Shown one piece after another: positions 12,684 to 30,712 of a DNA stretch of 33,825 nt. Below the pieces are notes generated by a model. The model saw only the letters and a list, made by a program, of their open reading frames with translations. It was not told where the DNA came from and made no database searches. Origin of the DNA: an uncultured Mycobacterium sp. Lineage in GTDB: Bacteria; Actinomycetota; Actinomycetes; Mycobacteriales; Mycobacteriaceae. A program made the position numbers and the translations under genes. The DNA is taken from assembly GCA_964509355.1 (NCBI GenBank), contig CAZDYH010000005.1:3305-37129 (forward strand), in the 5' to 3' direction. Position 1 is the first letter of the stretch; each line of letters starts with the position of its first letter.

Positions 12684-13426
12684 CCGGCGAGGGCCTGCGC
12701 TGTTGCCTGCTCGACCGCCTCGCGGATGGGGCGCCGCCACACGTCGCCGTGTCCCGGCGCCAGCACATCGGTCTCCAGCATGCCCAGCGCCGCCAGGCTG
12801 CGGATGCAGTCGGCCTGATTGTGGCTGAACAGAGCGGGCAGCAGCTGCGGTCCCCGGCGCGGCAGCAGCGGATGGCCGGTGACCAGCGCGTCGCCGCTGG
12901 CCAGCACACCATCCACCACGTACGAGCAGTGCCCGCCGGTATGCCCAGGGGTGGGAATGGCCATCGGCCGGCCCGGCAACGTAGCGGCCAACTCGACGGT
13001 CAACGGCTGCGCGGTCGGGATGCCCGCACGGGTCAGGCCCCCGTTGCGCACCACGTGCGCCGTCCACACCGCCCAGCTGGGCCGCCATATGTGGGCGGCG
13101 ACGTCCAGGACGGAGGCCTGCTCGAGGTACTCCCGCTGGGCGTGCCCCACCTCGTCGGCGTGGCAGTACACCGGTGTGCCGTGCATCTCGGCGAACCAGA
13201 TCGCCGAACCGAAGTGGTCGATATGCGCGTGGGTCAACAGGATCGCGCACACATCGCCGGCGTTGTAGCCCAGCGCCCGCAGCGAGGCCAGCACGTCGTC
13301 GCGGTCACCGGGATATCCGGCGTCGATCAGCATGACGCCGCAGCTGTCGTGCACCACCAGCCAGTTCACCGCGTATCCCTGCGCCAGCTGCACGGTGTCG
13401 GTAATGGCGGTCAGTGCCGGTGCCAT
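12680..13426 (-). CDS. Metallo-beta-lactamase fold hydrolase (Rv0406c-like)
   Basis: Motifs THAHIDHFG (HxHxDH), [13 protein letters not shown] and PGHG. ATG at 13426; divergent from fgd1. Confidence 0.9.
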   Translation of the reverse strand: MAPALTAITDTVQLAQGYAVNWLVVHDSCGVMLIDAGYPGDRDDVLASLRALGYNAGDVCAILLTHAHIDHFGSAIWFAEMHGTPVYCHADEVGHAQREYLEQASVLDVAAHIWRPSWAVWTAHVVRNGGLTRAGIPTAQPLTVELAATLPGRPMAIPTPGHTGGHCSYVVDGVLASGDALVTGHPLLPRRGPQLLPALFSHNQADCIRSLAALGMLETDVLAPGHGDVWRRPIREAVEQATAQALAG

Positions 13427-13463
13427 GCTCGTGAGTTTAGAACCGAGGAGTAGAAACGAGACT

Positions 13464-14474
13464 GTGGCTGAACTGAAACTGGGATACAAGGCATCGGCTG
13501 AACAATTCGCCCCGCGTGAGCTCGTCGAACTGGGAGTCGCCGCCGAGGAGCATGGCTTTGGCAGCGCCGCTGTCAGCGACCACTTCCAGCCGTGGCGGCA
13601 CGAAGGCGGGCATGCCCCGTTCTCGCTGGCCTGGATGACGGCGGTCGGCGAGCGCACCGACCGGATACAGCTGGGCACATCGGTAATCACCCCGACGTTC
13701 CGCTACAACCCTGCGGTGCTCGCCCAGGCGTTCGCCACCATGGGCTGCCTGTACCCCGGCCGCGTCTTCCTCGGGGTGGGCACCGGCGAGGCCCTCAACG
13801 AGATCGCTACCGGCTTCATCGGCGAATGGCCCGAGTTCAGGGAACGCTTCGCCCGGCTGCGCGAATCGGTGCGGCTGATGCGCGAGCTGTGGCTGGGTGA
13901 CCGGGTCGACTTCGACGGCGAGTACTACCACCTCAAGGGCGCCTCGATCTACGACGTTCCCCTCGGGGGCGTCCCCGTCTACATTGCGGCCGGTGGTCCC
14001 GCGGTGGCCAAGTACGCCGGCCGCGCCGGTGACGGCTTCATCTGCACCTCCGGCAAGGGCACCGAGCTCTACACCGAGAAGCTGATCCCGGCGGTCAAGG
14101 AGGGAGCGGCGGCCGCCGGCCGCGATGTCGACGACATCGACAAGATGATCGAGATCAAGATCTCCTACGAGACCCATCCCCACCTGGCGCTGGAGAACAC
14201 CCGGTTCTGGGCGCCGCTCTCGCTGACCGCCGAGCAGAAGCACAGCATCGATGACCCGATCGAGATGGAGAAGGCGGCCGACGAACTGCCCATCGAGCAG
14301 GTTGCCAAGCGCTGGATTGTGTCGTCGGACCCCGACGAGGCCGCCGCGTTGGTCGGCGAATACGTCAACTACGGGTTCAACCACCTGGTGTTCCACGCCC
14401 CCGGCCACGACCAGCGACGCTTCCTGGAGCTTTTCGAAAAGGATCTCGCTCCACGGCTGCGCAAGCTGGCCTGA
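13464..14474 (+). CDS. fgd1: F420-dependent glucose-6-phosphate dehydrogenase
   Basis: Motifs [35 protein letters not shown] and QKHSIDDP; 336 aa. Confidence 0.96.
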   Translation: MAELKLGYKASAEQFAPRELVELGVAAEEHGFGSAAVSDHFQPWRHEGGHAPFSLAWMTAVGERTDRIQLGTSVITPTFRYNPAVLAQAFATMGCLYPGRVFLGVGTGEALNEIATGFIGEWPEFRERFARLRESVRLMRELWLGDRVDFDGEYYHLKGASIYDVPLGGVPVYIAAGGPAVAKYAGRAGDGFICTSGKGTELYTEKLIPAVKEGAAAAGRDVDDIDKMIEIKISYETHPHLALENTRFWAPLSLTAEQKHSIDDPIEMEKAADELPIEQVAKRWIVSSDPDEAAALVGEYVNYGFNHLVFHAPGHDQRRFLELFEKDLAPRLRKLA

Positions 14475-14501
14475 TCTTCGAACATGGGGCAGGCTGGGTA
14501 A

Positions 14502-16581
14502 GTGCCCGACGGCTCCCGCAGTGCCATCTCGGCCATCTACGTAGCCTCCCCGGAGGGTGACACCGGAAAGTCGACAATCGCGCTGGGCATCCTGCACCGC
14601 CTGACCGCGACGGTCGCCAAGGTCGGTGTGTTCCGGCCGATCACCCGGTTCGGCGAAACCCACGACTACATCCTGGAGTTGCTGCTGGCCCACAGCACCG
14701 CGGGTCTGCCCTACGAGCAGTGTGTCGGCGTCAGCTACCAGCGGCTGCACGAGGAACCCGACGTTGCGATCGCCGATGTCGTCGACCGATACCATGCGGT
14801 GGCCGACCAGTGCGACGCGGTGCTGATCGTCGGCAGTGACTACACCGATATCGCCACCCCCAGTGAGCTGTCGGTCAACGCCCGCATCGCGGTCAACCTG
14901 GGCGCGCCGGTGGTGTTGGCGGTGCGGGCCAAGGGCCGCACTCCCGACGAAGTCGCCCAGGTCGTCGAACTGTGCCTGGCCGAACTGGCCGCCCAGCACG
15001 CCTACACCGCGGCGGTGGTGGCCAACCGCTGCGAGCCGTGGCAGATGGCCACCGTCGACGAGGCGCTGAAGAAGTTCGCCCTGCACAGCTATGTGCTGCC
15101 CGAGGAGCCGCTGCTGGTCGCACCGTCGGTGGCCGACCTGCAGACCGCCGTCGACGGGACGCTGATCAAGGGCGATGAGGCGCTGCTGGGCCGCGAGGTG
15201 CTGGACGTGCTGGTCGCCGGGATGACCGCCGAGCATGTCCTGGAGCGGCTGACCGACGGAGTCGCGGTGATCACCCCGGGCGACCGCTCCGACGTGGTGC
15301 TGGCCGTTGTCAGCGCCCATGCGGCCGAGGGCTTTCCGTCGCTGTCGACCATCATCCTCAACGGCGGCCTGGAGCTGCACCCGTCAATCGCGGCGCTGGT
15401 GTCGGGCCTGGGTCTGCGGCTGCCGATGATCGCCACCACCCTGGGCACCTTCGAGACGGCCGGCGCCGTGGCGTCAGCACGCGGCCGCGTCACCGCCACC
15501 TCGCAGCGCAAGATCGACACCGCGCTGGCGCTGATGGACACCTACGTCGACACCGCCGATCTGTTGGCGCGGCTGGCCATCCCGATCCCCACGGTGACCA
15601 CGCCGCAGATGTTCGCCTACCAACTGCTGGACCGGGCCCGGTCGGATCGCAAGCGAATCGTGCTGCCCGAGGGCGATGACGACCGCATCCTGAAGGCGGC
15701 GGGACGGCTGCTGCAGCGTCGCGTGGTGGAGTTGACCATCTTGGGCGACGAGGCCGGGATCCGTTCCCGTGCAGCCGAACTCGGTGTCGACCTGTCCGCT
15801 GCCACCGTGCTCAACCCGCGCACCAGCGAACTGTGCGACCAGTTTGCGGCGCAGTACGCCGAGTTGCGCAAGCGCAAGGGCATCAGCGTCGAGCAGGCTC
15901 GCGAGATCATCCACGACGTGTCCTACTTCGGCACCATGTTGGTGCACAACGACATCGTCGACGGCATGGTGTCCGGTGCGGTCCACACCACCGCGCACAC
16001 GGTGCGGCCCGCTTTCGAGATCATCAAGACTGCGCCCGACGTGTCGACGGTGTCGAGCATCTTCCTGATGTGCCTGGCCGATCGGGTGCTCGCCTACGGC
16101 GACTGTGCGATCATCCCGGACCCGACTACCGAGCAGCTCGCGGACATCGCGATCTCCTCGGCGCGCACCGCGGCCCAGTTCGGCATCGACCCGCGGGTGG
16201 CGATGCTGTCCTACTCCACCGGCAGTTCGGGAACCGGCGCCGATGTCGACAAGGTCAGGGCGGCAACGGAGTTGGTACGCAAGCGCGCACCCGAACTGCT
16301 GGTCGAGGGCCCCATCCAGTACGACGCCGCGGTGGAGCCGTCGGTCGCCGCCAGCAAGATGCCCGGCTCGGAAGTCGCCGGCCGCGCGACGGTGCTGATC
16401 TTCCCCGACCTCAACACCGGCAACAACACATATAAGGCGGTGCAGCGCAGTGCCGGGGCGGTCGCGATCGGCCCGGTGCTGCAGGGTCTGAACAAGCCGG
16501 TCAACGACCTGTCACGGGGCGCCCTGGTCGAAGACATCGTCAACACGGTTGCCATCACCGCGATCCAGGCCCAGGGCAGCC

Positions 16582-16592
<11 letters not shown>
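14502..16592 (+). CDS. pta: Phosphate acetyltransferase (long form)
   Basis: N-terminal [40 protein letters not shown] and PVNDLSRG. Confidence 0.96.
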
Positions 16593-21060
<4,468 letters not shown>

Positions 21061-21061
<1 letters not shown>

Positions 21062-22380
21062 CACCGGTACTCGCTGAGTCTTGGCCACAGGCCCAGGGCC
21101 ACCGCCACCGCGGCGCTGAGGCTGAGCACCAGACCGCCGACCGTGGCGCCGGACAGCACGCGGCGAGCGCTGAGAATATCGCTGCGCAACTGGTTGCGGG
21201 CTTCGCGGATGCCACTGGTCAGCGCCTGGTCGAGCTTGTCGAATGCCGGGGTGGAATCGTCCTCCCCGGTGCCGAGCGCAACCTGCGTGGCGGCCCGATA
21301 GTTACCCACCGCGATGTACTGGTTGAGCCGCTCGTCGGCCTGCCGCCACCGGGTCAGTAACTCGTCGGCGTTCTGCAGGCCCGTCTTGTCGATGGCGTCG
21401 TCGCGGGCCAGATATTCGGTGAGCTGCTGGTGCATGGCCTCGATGCGCTGGTAGTAGGACCGCTTGCGGACATCTTCGTCACCGCGGCGGATCAACGACA
21501 GCGTCTCGTCGGCGCGGGCCTGCTGGGCGGTGATCGCCAGGTTGGTGACGGTCTTGAGTGACTCCGCCGCAGTGTCTTTGGCGCTGCGGCTACCTGCGGT
21601 GGAAATCGCCAGCGCCGTCCCCACCCAGATGATCATGATCAGAATTGCCAGCCCGCCCGCGATGAGACCGGGGTTGATCCGCCGCTTCGTGCGCTGCGCC
21701 AGCCAGCGGTGCGCGAACGCGCCGAAGGCCAGCGTGATGGCGACGACCAGGATCACCGGGGCCGGGATCCGGGTCGATGCGGTGGTCTCGGCGTCCACCC
21801 GCGCCGACGTCTCCTGGTACAGCCGCTGCGCGTCGGGCAGGATCGTCTGCTGCATCAGCGACGACGCCTCCGACAGGTAGGAGGATCCGACCGGGTTACC
21901 GGACCGGTTGTTGGTGCGGGCAGTTTCGATCAGCCCGGTGTACACGGCTAGTTGAGCGTTGATCCGGCCCAGCAGTTGCTGCATCGGTTCATCTGTCAGC
22001 CCGCTGGAGGCCCGGGTCAGCGCGACCGCTGCGTCGGTGATGGCCTGTTCGTAGCGTTGCCGCACATCGCGTGGTTCTGCCCCGGCGATGAACGCGGTGG
22101 CCGCCGCGGCGTCGGCCACCGACAGCTTGGTGTAAAGCTGTCCGGCCGCGAATGCCAGCGGCTCGGTGTGGTTGAGCACGGTGGTCAGTGCCTGCTGGCG
22201 GTGGTCGATCGTGGTCGAGGTCGCGAACGCGCTGGTCACTCCCAGCGTCGCGAGGATGATGCCGATCGCCAGAATGCGACCCGGCGTCGTCGAGACGAAC
22301 CACCAGCGGGGGTGGGCCGGTTCGATCGGCGACCGCGACGGCAGCGGCTCGGTCGACGGGTGCGCCAACTCAACGGTCAC
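21061..22380 (-). CDS. glnX: Membrane protein GlnX (Rv0412c-like)
   Basis: GTG start (MTVELAHPSTEP); STTPGR motif; 4 TM helices with helical extracytoplasmic domains; 439 aa; first gene of the glnX-glnH-pknG operon. Confidence 0.9.
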
Positions 22381-22514
22381 CGGTGTGCGAACCTCACTCT
22401 CCGCGCTAGCCCAGATTCTATAAGTGAATTCTAAGAGCTTCTGTGACGGATGGGGCTGGATCGACAATGGTGAGCGGACTCAGATCCTGCCGCAACCCCA
22501 CCTATCCTGAACGC

Positions 22515-23138
22515 GTGCACGGCGACGGCGACGGATGGGTGGTGTCCGACACCGGCGTCCACTACTGGGGACGCCACGGTGCCGCCGGCCTGCTGCTGCG
22601 GGCGCCTCGCCCGGACGGCACGCCGGCCGTGCTGCTGCAGCACCGGGCACCGTGGAGTCATCAGGGCGGCACCTGGGGTCTGCCGGGCGGTGCGCGCGAC
22701 AGCCACGAGACCGCCGAGCAGGCCGCGGTCCGCGAGGCGCATGAGGAAGCCGGCCTGCCGAGCCATCAGCTCAGGGTGCGCGCCACCGTGGTGACCTCCT
22801 CCGCCAGCGGTAGCCACTGGACCTACACCACGGTCGTCGCCGACGCGCCGGAGCTGCTGGCCACCGTGCCCAACCGGGAGAGCTCCGAACTGCGCTGGGT
22901 CGGCGAGGACGCGGTTGCCGACCTGCCGCTGCACCCCGGGTTCGCCGCGAGCTGGCAGCGGCTGCGCACCGCCACCGCGACCGTGCCGCTGTCCGACGGT
23001 GACGAGCGGCGCCGCCACCTGCCGCGCACTGTCGAGATCGAGGCCGGCGTGTTCGTCTGGTGCACGCTGGCGGCTGCTTCCGAGCAGCCGTCGCAGCTCA
23101 GCCGGCGCATCACCTTGCTGCTGCGAGCACAGCGCTGA
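22515..23138 (+). CDS. mutT3: Nudix hydrolase MutT3/RenU
   Basis: Start MHGDGDGWV; Nudix box [23 protein letters not shown]; LHPGF motif; position next to glnX. Confidence 0.9.
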   Translation: MHGDGDGWVVSDTGVHYWGRHGAAGLLLRAPRPDGTPAVLLQHRAPWSHQGGTWGLPGGARDSHETAEQAAVREAHEEAGLPSHQLRVRATVVTSSASGSHWTYTTVVADAPELLATVPNRESSELRWVGEDAVADLPLHPGFAASWQRLRTATATVPLSDGDERRRHLPRTVEIEAGVFVWCTLAAASEQPSQLSRRITLLLRAQR

Positions 23139-23793
23139 GCCGCCGCGCCGCGGACCGCGGATCGTCGGCCTCGGTGATCGCGCGCACCACGACGATCCGC
23201 CGTGCTCCGGCGTCGAGAACCTGCGGCAGCCGCTGCTCGTCGATCCCGCCGATCGCGAACCACGGTTTGTCCGTGCACGACTCGGCCGTGGTCCGCACCA
23301 GATCCAGGCCCGGCGCGCGACGGCCGGGCTTGGTGGGTGTCGGCCAGCACGGACCGACGCAGAAGTAGTCGACCGCCTCCGCCGCCGCGGCACGAGCCTG
23401 TGCGCCGTCGTGGCTGGAGCGCCCGATCAGCGGCCCCGGACCGATGATGTCGCGGGCCACCGCCAGCGGCAGGTCGTCCTGGCCCAGGTGCAGCACGTCG
23501 GCGCCGGCGGCGCGGGCGATATCCGCACGGTCGTTGACCGCGAGCAGGGCCCCGTGCCGCCGCGTCGCATCGGCGAGGATCTCCAGGGCCGCCAGTTCGT
23601 GACGCGCTTCCAGCGGGCCGAACCTCTGCTCGCCCGCGGAGCCCTTGTCGCGCAGTTGGATGATGTCCACGCCACCGGCCAGCGCGGCGTCGGCGAACTC
23701 GGCCAGGTCGCCGCGCTCGCGGCGGGCGTCGGTGCACAGGTACAGCGTGGCCGCATCCAGGCGCAGCAGGAGTTGATCGTGGGGTTCGTGCAC
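23110..23793 (-). CDS. thiE: Thiamine-phosphate synthase
   Basis: Motifs LYLCTD, QLRDK, NDRAD, HLGQDD, PTPTKP and AIGGI; GTG at 23793. Confidence 0.95.
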   Translation of the reverse strand: MHEPHDQLLLRLDAATLYLCTDARRERGDLAEFADAALAGGVDIIQLRDKGSAGEQRFGPLEARHELAALEILADATRRHGALLAVNDRADIARAAGADVLHLGQDDLPLAVARDIIGPGPLIGRSSHDGAQARAAAAEAVDYFCVGPCWPTPTKPGRRAPGLDLVRTTAESCTDKPWFAIGGIDEQRLPQVLDAGARRIVVVRAITEADDPRSAARRLSAVLAAAR

Positions 23794-23822
23794 ACCGCGA
23801 CGGTAGCGACTAGCGTGGGGGG

Positions 23823-23915
23823 CCGACACGGGAGTCCCGGGAGCGGGGCTGAGAATGGGCACGCGAACCGGCCCTTACCGTCACACCTGATCCGGGTCAT
23901 GCCGGCGAAGGGAGT
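23823..23915 (+). ncRNA. TPP riboswitch (THI element)
   Basis: GGGAG...GCTGAGA (23848-23854)...TACCG..ACCTGATC (23885-23892)..CATGC..GCGAAGGGAG directly upstream of thiO. TAGCGT -10 at 23811-23816. Confidence 0.95.
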
Positions 23916-23920
23916 AGAGG

Positions 23921-24951
23921 ATGCCACCAGCTGTGCCGGGCCGATCACTCGCCGTCATCGGCGGCGGGGTCATTGGGCTGTCGGTGGGGCGCCGGGCCGC
24001 GCAAGCGGGCTGGTCGGTGCGGGTGCACCGCGCCGGCGAGCAGGGGGCGTCCTGGGTGGCCGGCGGCATGCTGGCCCCGCACAGCGAAGGCTGGCCGGGC
24101 GAGGAAGGCCTGCTGCGGCTGGGCCTGGCCTCGCTCGAGCTGTGGCACGACACCTCCCCGGCGGGTTTCTTGGCCGGACTTCCGCCCGAGGTGGTGACGG
24201 CGCGGGAATCGCTGGTCGTCGCCGTCGACCGGGCCGATGCCGCCGACTTGCGCACCGTCGGACAGTGGCTGGACGCCCAGGGGCACCCGGTGACCATGAC
24301 ATCGGCTGCTCGTGAAGTGGAACCCCTTCTGGCGCAAGGTATTCGGCATGGCTTCCGGGCGGTGACCGAGCTGGCGGTCGATAACCGCGCATTGGTGGAC
24401 GCCCTGGCGGTGCACTGCGAGCAACTCGGTGTGCAGTGGGCCGGACCGGTGGACGACCTGGGTGCCGTCGAAGCCGATGCGGTGGTCATCGCCAATGGCA
24501 TCGACGCCCCGGCGCTGTGGCCCGGGCTGCCGGTGCGCCCGGTCAAGGGTGAGGTGCTGCGGCTGCGGTGGCGCAAGGGCTGTATGCCGGTGCCGCAGCG
24601 GGTGATCCGGGCCCGGGTGCATGGCCGACAGGTGTACCTGGTGCCGCGCGCCGACGGGGTGGTCGTCGGCGCGACCCAGTACGAGCACGGCCGCGATACC
24701 GCGCCGGCGGTGTCGGGGGTGCGCGAGCTGCTCGACGACGCGTGCACGGTGATGCCGGCGCTGGGGGAGTACGAGCTCGCCGAATGCGCCGCCGGGCTGC
24801 GGCCGATGACACCGGACAACATGCCGCTGGTCGGCCGGCTTGACGAGCGCACGCTGGTGGCGACCGGGCACGGCCGGTCCGGGTTCCTGCTGGCGCCGTG
24901 GACCGCCGAGCAGATCCTCGCGGAACTGAACTCGTTCGTAGCAGCAGCGCC

Positions 24952-24955
<4 letters not shown>
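23921..24955 (+). CDS. thiO: Glycine oxidase ThiO
   Basis: FAD motif GGGVIG; ASWVAGGML, PVKGE, GLRPMTPDN and GHGRSGFLLAP. Confidence 0.95.
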
Positions 24956-26834
<1,879 letters not shown>

Positions 26835-26838
<4 letters not shown>

Positions 26839-27596
26839 CCGGCATGGGCGCGGTCTTGGCGGCCGAGCGGATCAAGCTGACGACGACCCAGTCGCCGCTG
26901 TGGTCAGTGCTGGCCGTCGCGGTGCTCAGTCTGGGCCTGGCGGTGCTGCAGGCGTCGACGTCCTACTCCGGTGACGCGATGCCACCGGAGAAGGCCGCGC
27001 TGGGGGCGGTGGTGTTCGGGGTGCCCGTCCTGATGGTCCTGGCGTCGATGACCGTGACCGGTGAGTACCGCAGCACGATGATCCGCACCACCTTCACCGC
27101 GACACCGAACCGCACGCAGGTGCTGGTCGGCAAGGCCGTCGTCGCCGCGGTGTTCGCGGGCGGCTGCGCGGCGGTGATGGTGGCGTTGTCGATCGTGGTC
27201 GCCGGGCTTGTCGCCACGCCGCGGGTCGGTGAGCGGTTGTCGCTGGCCGACCCGGCCGCCTGGCGGCCCGTCGGTGCCGTCGCGCTGTACGCGGCGCTGG
27301 CGGCGGTGCTCGGCGTGGGTGTGGGCGCGCTGCTGCGCGCGGCGGCCGGTGCGGTCGCGGTGCTGCTGTTGTGGCCGTTGGTCGTCGAAACGGTGCTCGG
27401 GACGCTGCCCGGGGTCAGCCCGACGGTGGGGCCGTACCTGCCGTTCGCCAACGCGTTCGTGTTCATCGACGTGCCGTGGCTGTACACGGCCTACCCGATG
27501 CGCTGGGGCCCGTGGGGCGGGCTCGCGTACTTCGCGGCGGTGGTCGCGGTGGTGTTCGCCGCGGCCATCGTGGTGGTGAACCGGCGTGACGCCTGA
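26835..27596 (+). CDS. ABC-2 type permease
   Basis: ATGA overlap with the ATPase gene. Motifs AERIK, GEYRS..IR.T..ATPNR..V..GK and C-terminal RRDA; about 6 TM. Confidence 0.88.
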
Positions 27597-27635
27597 CTGC
27601 GGCATGGGCGGCGATCAGCGGCTAACCTGGGCGCG

Positions 27636-29141
27636 GTGGCGCATAGATCAACGGCAATGCCGGTCCTGCTGACCGCGGCCCTGGTCGTGGCGTTGGCGCT
27701 CGGGGGGTGCAGCCGGACTTCCGCTTCATCCCACCCGATCACGGCCGCGCCGGCGGCGACCGAATTTGCCGGCGCGCTACGGCAGCGGGTAACCACCGAC
27801 GCGATGATGGCGCACCTGTCGAAACTGCAGGACATCGCCAACGCCAACAACGGCACCAGGGCGGTCGGCACCCCCGGCTATGAAGCCAGCGTGGACTATG
27901 TCGTTGATGCGTTGCGGGACACGGGATTCGATGTCCAGACGCCGGAGTTCCAGACGCGCATCTTCAAGGCCGACCCGGCATTGCTGACCGTCGGTGGCTC
28001 GACCGTCGGCGCGCGTGCGCTGGAGTACAGCATCGCCACCGCCCCGCAGGGGGTGAGCGGGCCGCTGGTCGCCGCGCCCGCCGAGGACACCCCGGGCTGC
28101 ACCGCGTCGGACTACGACGGGCTGCCCGTCAGGGGTGCGATCGTGCTGGTGGACCGCGGCAGCTGCCAGTTCGCCGACAAGGAGGCCGCCGCCGCCGGAC
28201 GCGGCGCGGTGGCAATGATCGTCGCCGACAACGTCGACGAGAAGGAGATGGGCGGGACCCTCGGCGAGGACACCGACGTCAAGATCCCGGTGGTGAGCGT
28301 GACCAAGGCCGACGGCGCCCGGCTGCGGGCCCAGCCGGGTCCCGCCACCCTCAAGCTCAACGCCAGTGTCCAGACGATCAATGCGCGCAACATCATCGCC
28401 CAGACCAAGACGGGTTCAACCAGTGACGTGGTGCTGGTCGGCGGGCACCTCGACAGCGTCCCGGCCGGGCCCGGGATCAACGACAACGGCTCCGGGGTGG
28501 CGGCGGTGCTGGAGACGGCGCTACAGATGGGCAGCTCACCCGCGGTGCACAACGCGGTCCGGTTCGGCTTCTGGGGAGCCGAGGAGGTTGGGCTGGCCGG
28601 GTCCCGAAAATACGTCGAGTCGCTGAACGTCGACGCGCTCAAGGACATCGCGCTGTACCTGAACTTCGACATGCTGGGATCGCCAAACCCCGGCTACTTC
28701 ACCTATGACGGCAACCAGTCGGCGCCGCCCGACGCCGAGAAGGGCACACCGCGCGTCCCGGAAGGTTCGGCGGGCATCGAGCGCTCGCTGGTCGCCTACC
28801 TCAAGGCCGCGGGTAAGACCGCCGAGGACACCTCGTTCGACGGCCGGTCCGACTACGACGGATTCACGCTGGCCGGGATCCCGTCCGGTGGACTCTTCTC
28901 GGGCGCCGAGGACGAGAAATCGGCCGAGCAGGCGCAGCTGTGGGGCGGGACCGCCGATGAACCGTTCGACCCGAACTATCACCAGAAGACCGACACCCTC
29001 GATCAGGTCGACCGCACCGCGCTGGGCATCCACGGTGGCGGTGTCGCCTATGTGGTCGGCAGCTATGCGCAGGATCTCGGCGGCCGCAACGGCGTTCCGG
29101 TTCGCGACGACCGCACCCGCCACGTGGTCACCGAATCGTGA
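27636..29141 (+). CDS. lpqL: M28 lipoprotein aminopeptidase with PA domain (LpqL-like, copy 1)
   Basis: Lipobox LGGC; motifs HLDSV, GINDNGSG, GAEE, NFDM, RSDY and PNYH. Confidence 0.88.
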   Translation: MAHRSTAMPVLLTAALVVALALGGCSRTSASSHPITAAPAATEFAGALRQRVTTDAMMAHLSKLQDIANANNGTRAVGTPGYEASVDYVVDALRDTGFDVQTPEFQTRIFKADPALLTVGGSTVGARALEYSIATAPQGVSGPLVAAPAEDTPGCTASDYDGLPVRGAIVLVDRGSCQFADKEAAAAGRGAVAMIVADNVDEKEMGGTLGEDTDVKIPVVSVTKADGARLRAQPGPATLKLNASVQTINARNIIAQTKTGSTSDVVLVGGHLDSVPAGPGINDNGSGVAAVLETALQMGSSPAVHNAVRFGFWGAEEVGLAGSRKYVESLNVDALKDIALYLNFDMLGSPNPGYFTYDGNQSAPPDAEKGTPRVPEGSAGIERSLVAYLKAAGKTAEDTSFDGRSDYDGFTLAGIPSGGLFSGAEDEKSAEQAQLWGGTADEPFDPNYHQKTDTLDQVDRTALGIHGGGVAYVVGSYAQDLGGRNGVPVRDDRTRHVVTES

Positions 29142-30610
29142 GGGCAGCGGCCACGGCACTGCTGTTGGCGGTCAGCGTCCTCGTGGCGTGCTCGCCGTCG
29201 TCGCCGCCGCCGCCGGCTGCGCCGCAGAGCCTGGCCGACGAACTGGCCGCCAAGGTGACCGCCGACGGGATGTTCGTGCATCTGAAGAAGCTGCAGGACA
29301 TCGCCAACGCCAACAAGGGAAACCGGGCCGAGGGCAGTCCCGGCTTCGACGCCAGTGTCGACTACGTCGCACAGGTGCTGCGCGACAAGGGATTCGATGT
29401 GCAGACCCCCGCGTTCGACCGGCTTGACACGGTCGCGGAGGGCAACCCGGCGCTGTCGGTCGCGGGCCGCAACTTCCCGGTCGACCAGGCCTCCCTGCTG
29501 GTGCAGACCCCGGCCGGCGGGCTGACCGGGCCCGTCGTGCGGCCGGCCAAACCGGCCGGGTGTGCCGTCACCGACTACGCCGCCCCGGCAGCCAAGCGGG
29601 CGATCGCCGTCGTCGACGACACCGGCTGTTCGGTCGTCGACAAGCAGAACGCCGCCGTCGCCAAGGGCGCCGCGGCGCTGCTGGTGGTCAGCGTGCCGGG
29701 CCGAAACGGCAGTCCGCCGGGGTTGTTCAACAGCGGCTACTACGACCAGCTGACTGTGCCGGTCGGGATCATCGGCAGCGAGGGCGATGCCGCGCTGCGG
29801 CGCGCCACCGCGCCCGTCCGGCTCACACTGGACACCAAGACCGTCAAGCTGACGTCACGGAATGTGTTGGCGCAAACAAAAACCGGCGACACCCACAATG
29901 TCGTGGTGGTCGGCGCACATCTGGACAGCGTGCTGGCCGGCCCAGGCATCAACGACAACGGCAGCGGGGTGGCGGCCGTGCTGGAGACCGCGCAGCAGCT
30001 GGGGTCGTCGCCGGCGGCGAAGAACGCGGTGCGGTTTGCGTTCTGGGGTGCCGAGGAGGAAGGCCGCAACGGCTCGATCGACTATGTGTTCGGCCTGGAT
30101 CGCGATCAGCTCAACGACATTGCGCTGTACCTGAACTTCGACATGCTCGGCTCACCGAACGCCGGGTTCTTCACCTACGACGGCGATCAGTCCGGCCCGC
30201 CCAGCCCGGACGTTGCGCCCGACGAGGTTCCCATCGGGTCAGCAGGCATCGAGCGGACCCTGGCCGGCTATCTGAACCTGGCCGGGAAGCGTCCCGCCGA
30301 CACGCCGCTGGGCGCCAGGACCGACGACAGCCCGTTTCTGATCGCGGGTGTGCCGATCGGCGGTATGACGACCGGCTCCATCCAAGAGAAGACCAACGTG
30401 CAGGCCCGGCTGTGGGGCGGCAAGCCCGGTGTCACCTTCGACCCGAACTACCACAGCGCCCGCGACACCATCGACAACGTCGACAGGGCCGCGCTCGCCA
30501 TCATGGGCGCAGGCGTCGCATCCGCGGTAGGCAGCTACGCGCAGTCGATCGAGGGCGTCAACGGGGTTCCGCGGCTCGCCCAGCGTCACCGGGCGCAGTT
30601 GCGACCCTAG
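29138..30610 (+). CDS. M28 lipoprotein aminopeptidase with PA domain (LpqL paralog, copy 2)
   Basis: Lipobox LVAC; motifs HLDSV, GINDNGSG, GAEE, NFDM and PNYH. GTGA overlap with copy 1. Confidence 0.9.
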   Translation: MRAAATALLLAVSVLVACSPSSPPPPAAPQSLADELAAKVTADGMFVHLKKLQDIANANKGNRAEGSPGFDASVDYVAQVLRDKGFDVQTPAFDRLDTVAEGNPALSVAGRNFPVDQASLLVQTPAGGLTGPVVRPAKPAGCAVTDYAAPAAKRAIAVVDDTGCSVVDKQNAAVAKGAAALLVVSVPGRNGSPPGLFNSGYYDQLTVPVGIIGSEGDAALRRATAPVRLTLDTKTVKLTSRNVLAQTKTGDTHNVVVVGAHLDSVLAGPGINDNGSGVAAVLETAQQLGSSPAAKNAVRFAFWGAEEEGRNGSIDYVFGLDRDQLNDIALYLNFDMLGSPNAGFFTYDGDQSGPPSPDVAPDEVPIGSAGIERTLAGYLNLAGKRPADTPLGARTDDSPFLIAGVPIGGMTTGSIQEKTNVQARLWGGKPGVTFDPNYHSARDTIDNVDRAALAIMGAGVASAVGSYAQSIEGVNGVPRLAQRHRAQLRP

Positions 30611-30712
30611 ACCCGGGGACAACCGGCGCTTCGGGGGCTTCCCGTGATGATCGGCAGCTCGATATCCTCGGCGGTTGAGATAGCGGCAGCCTCTGTCAGT
30701 CTGCCACTGGTG

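Noticed and set aside
13437-15380. Long antisense ORFs (647 aa here; also 18570..20189, 23881..25485 and others)
   Set aside because: These are shadow frames of high-GC3 genes, with no recognisable domains, lying opposite well-conserved genes.
30611-30712. Intrinsic terminator between the convergent peptidase and permease genes
   Set aside because: I could not identify a convincing stem with a U-tract by eye.
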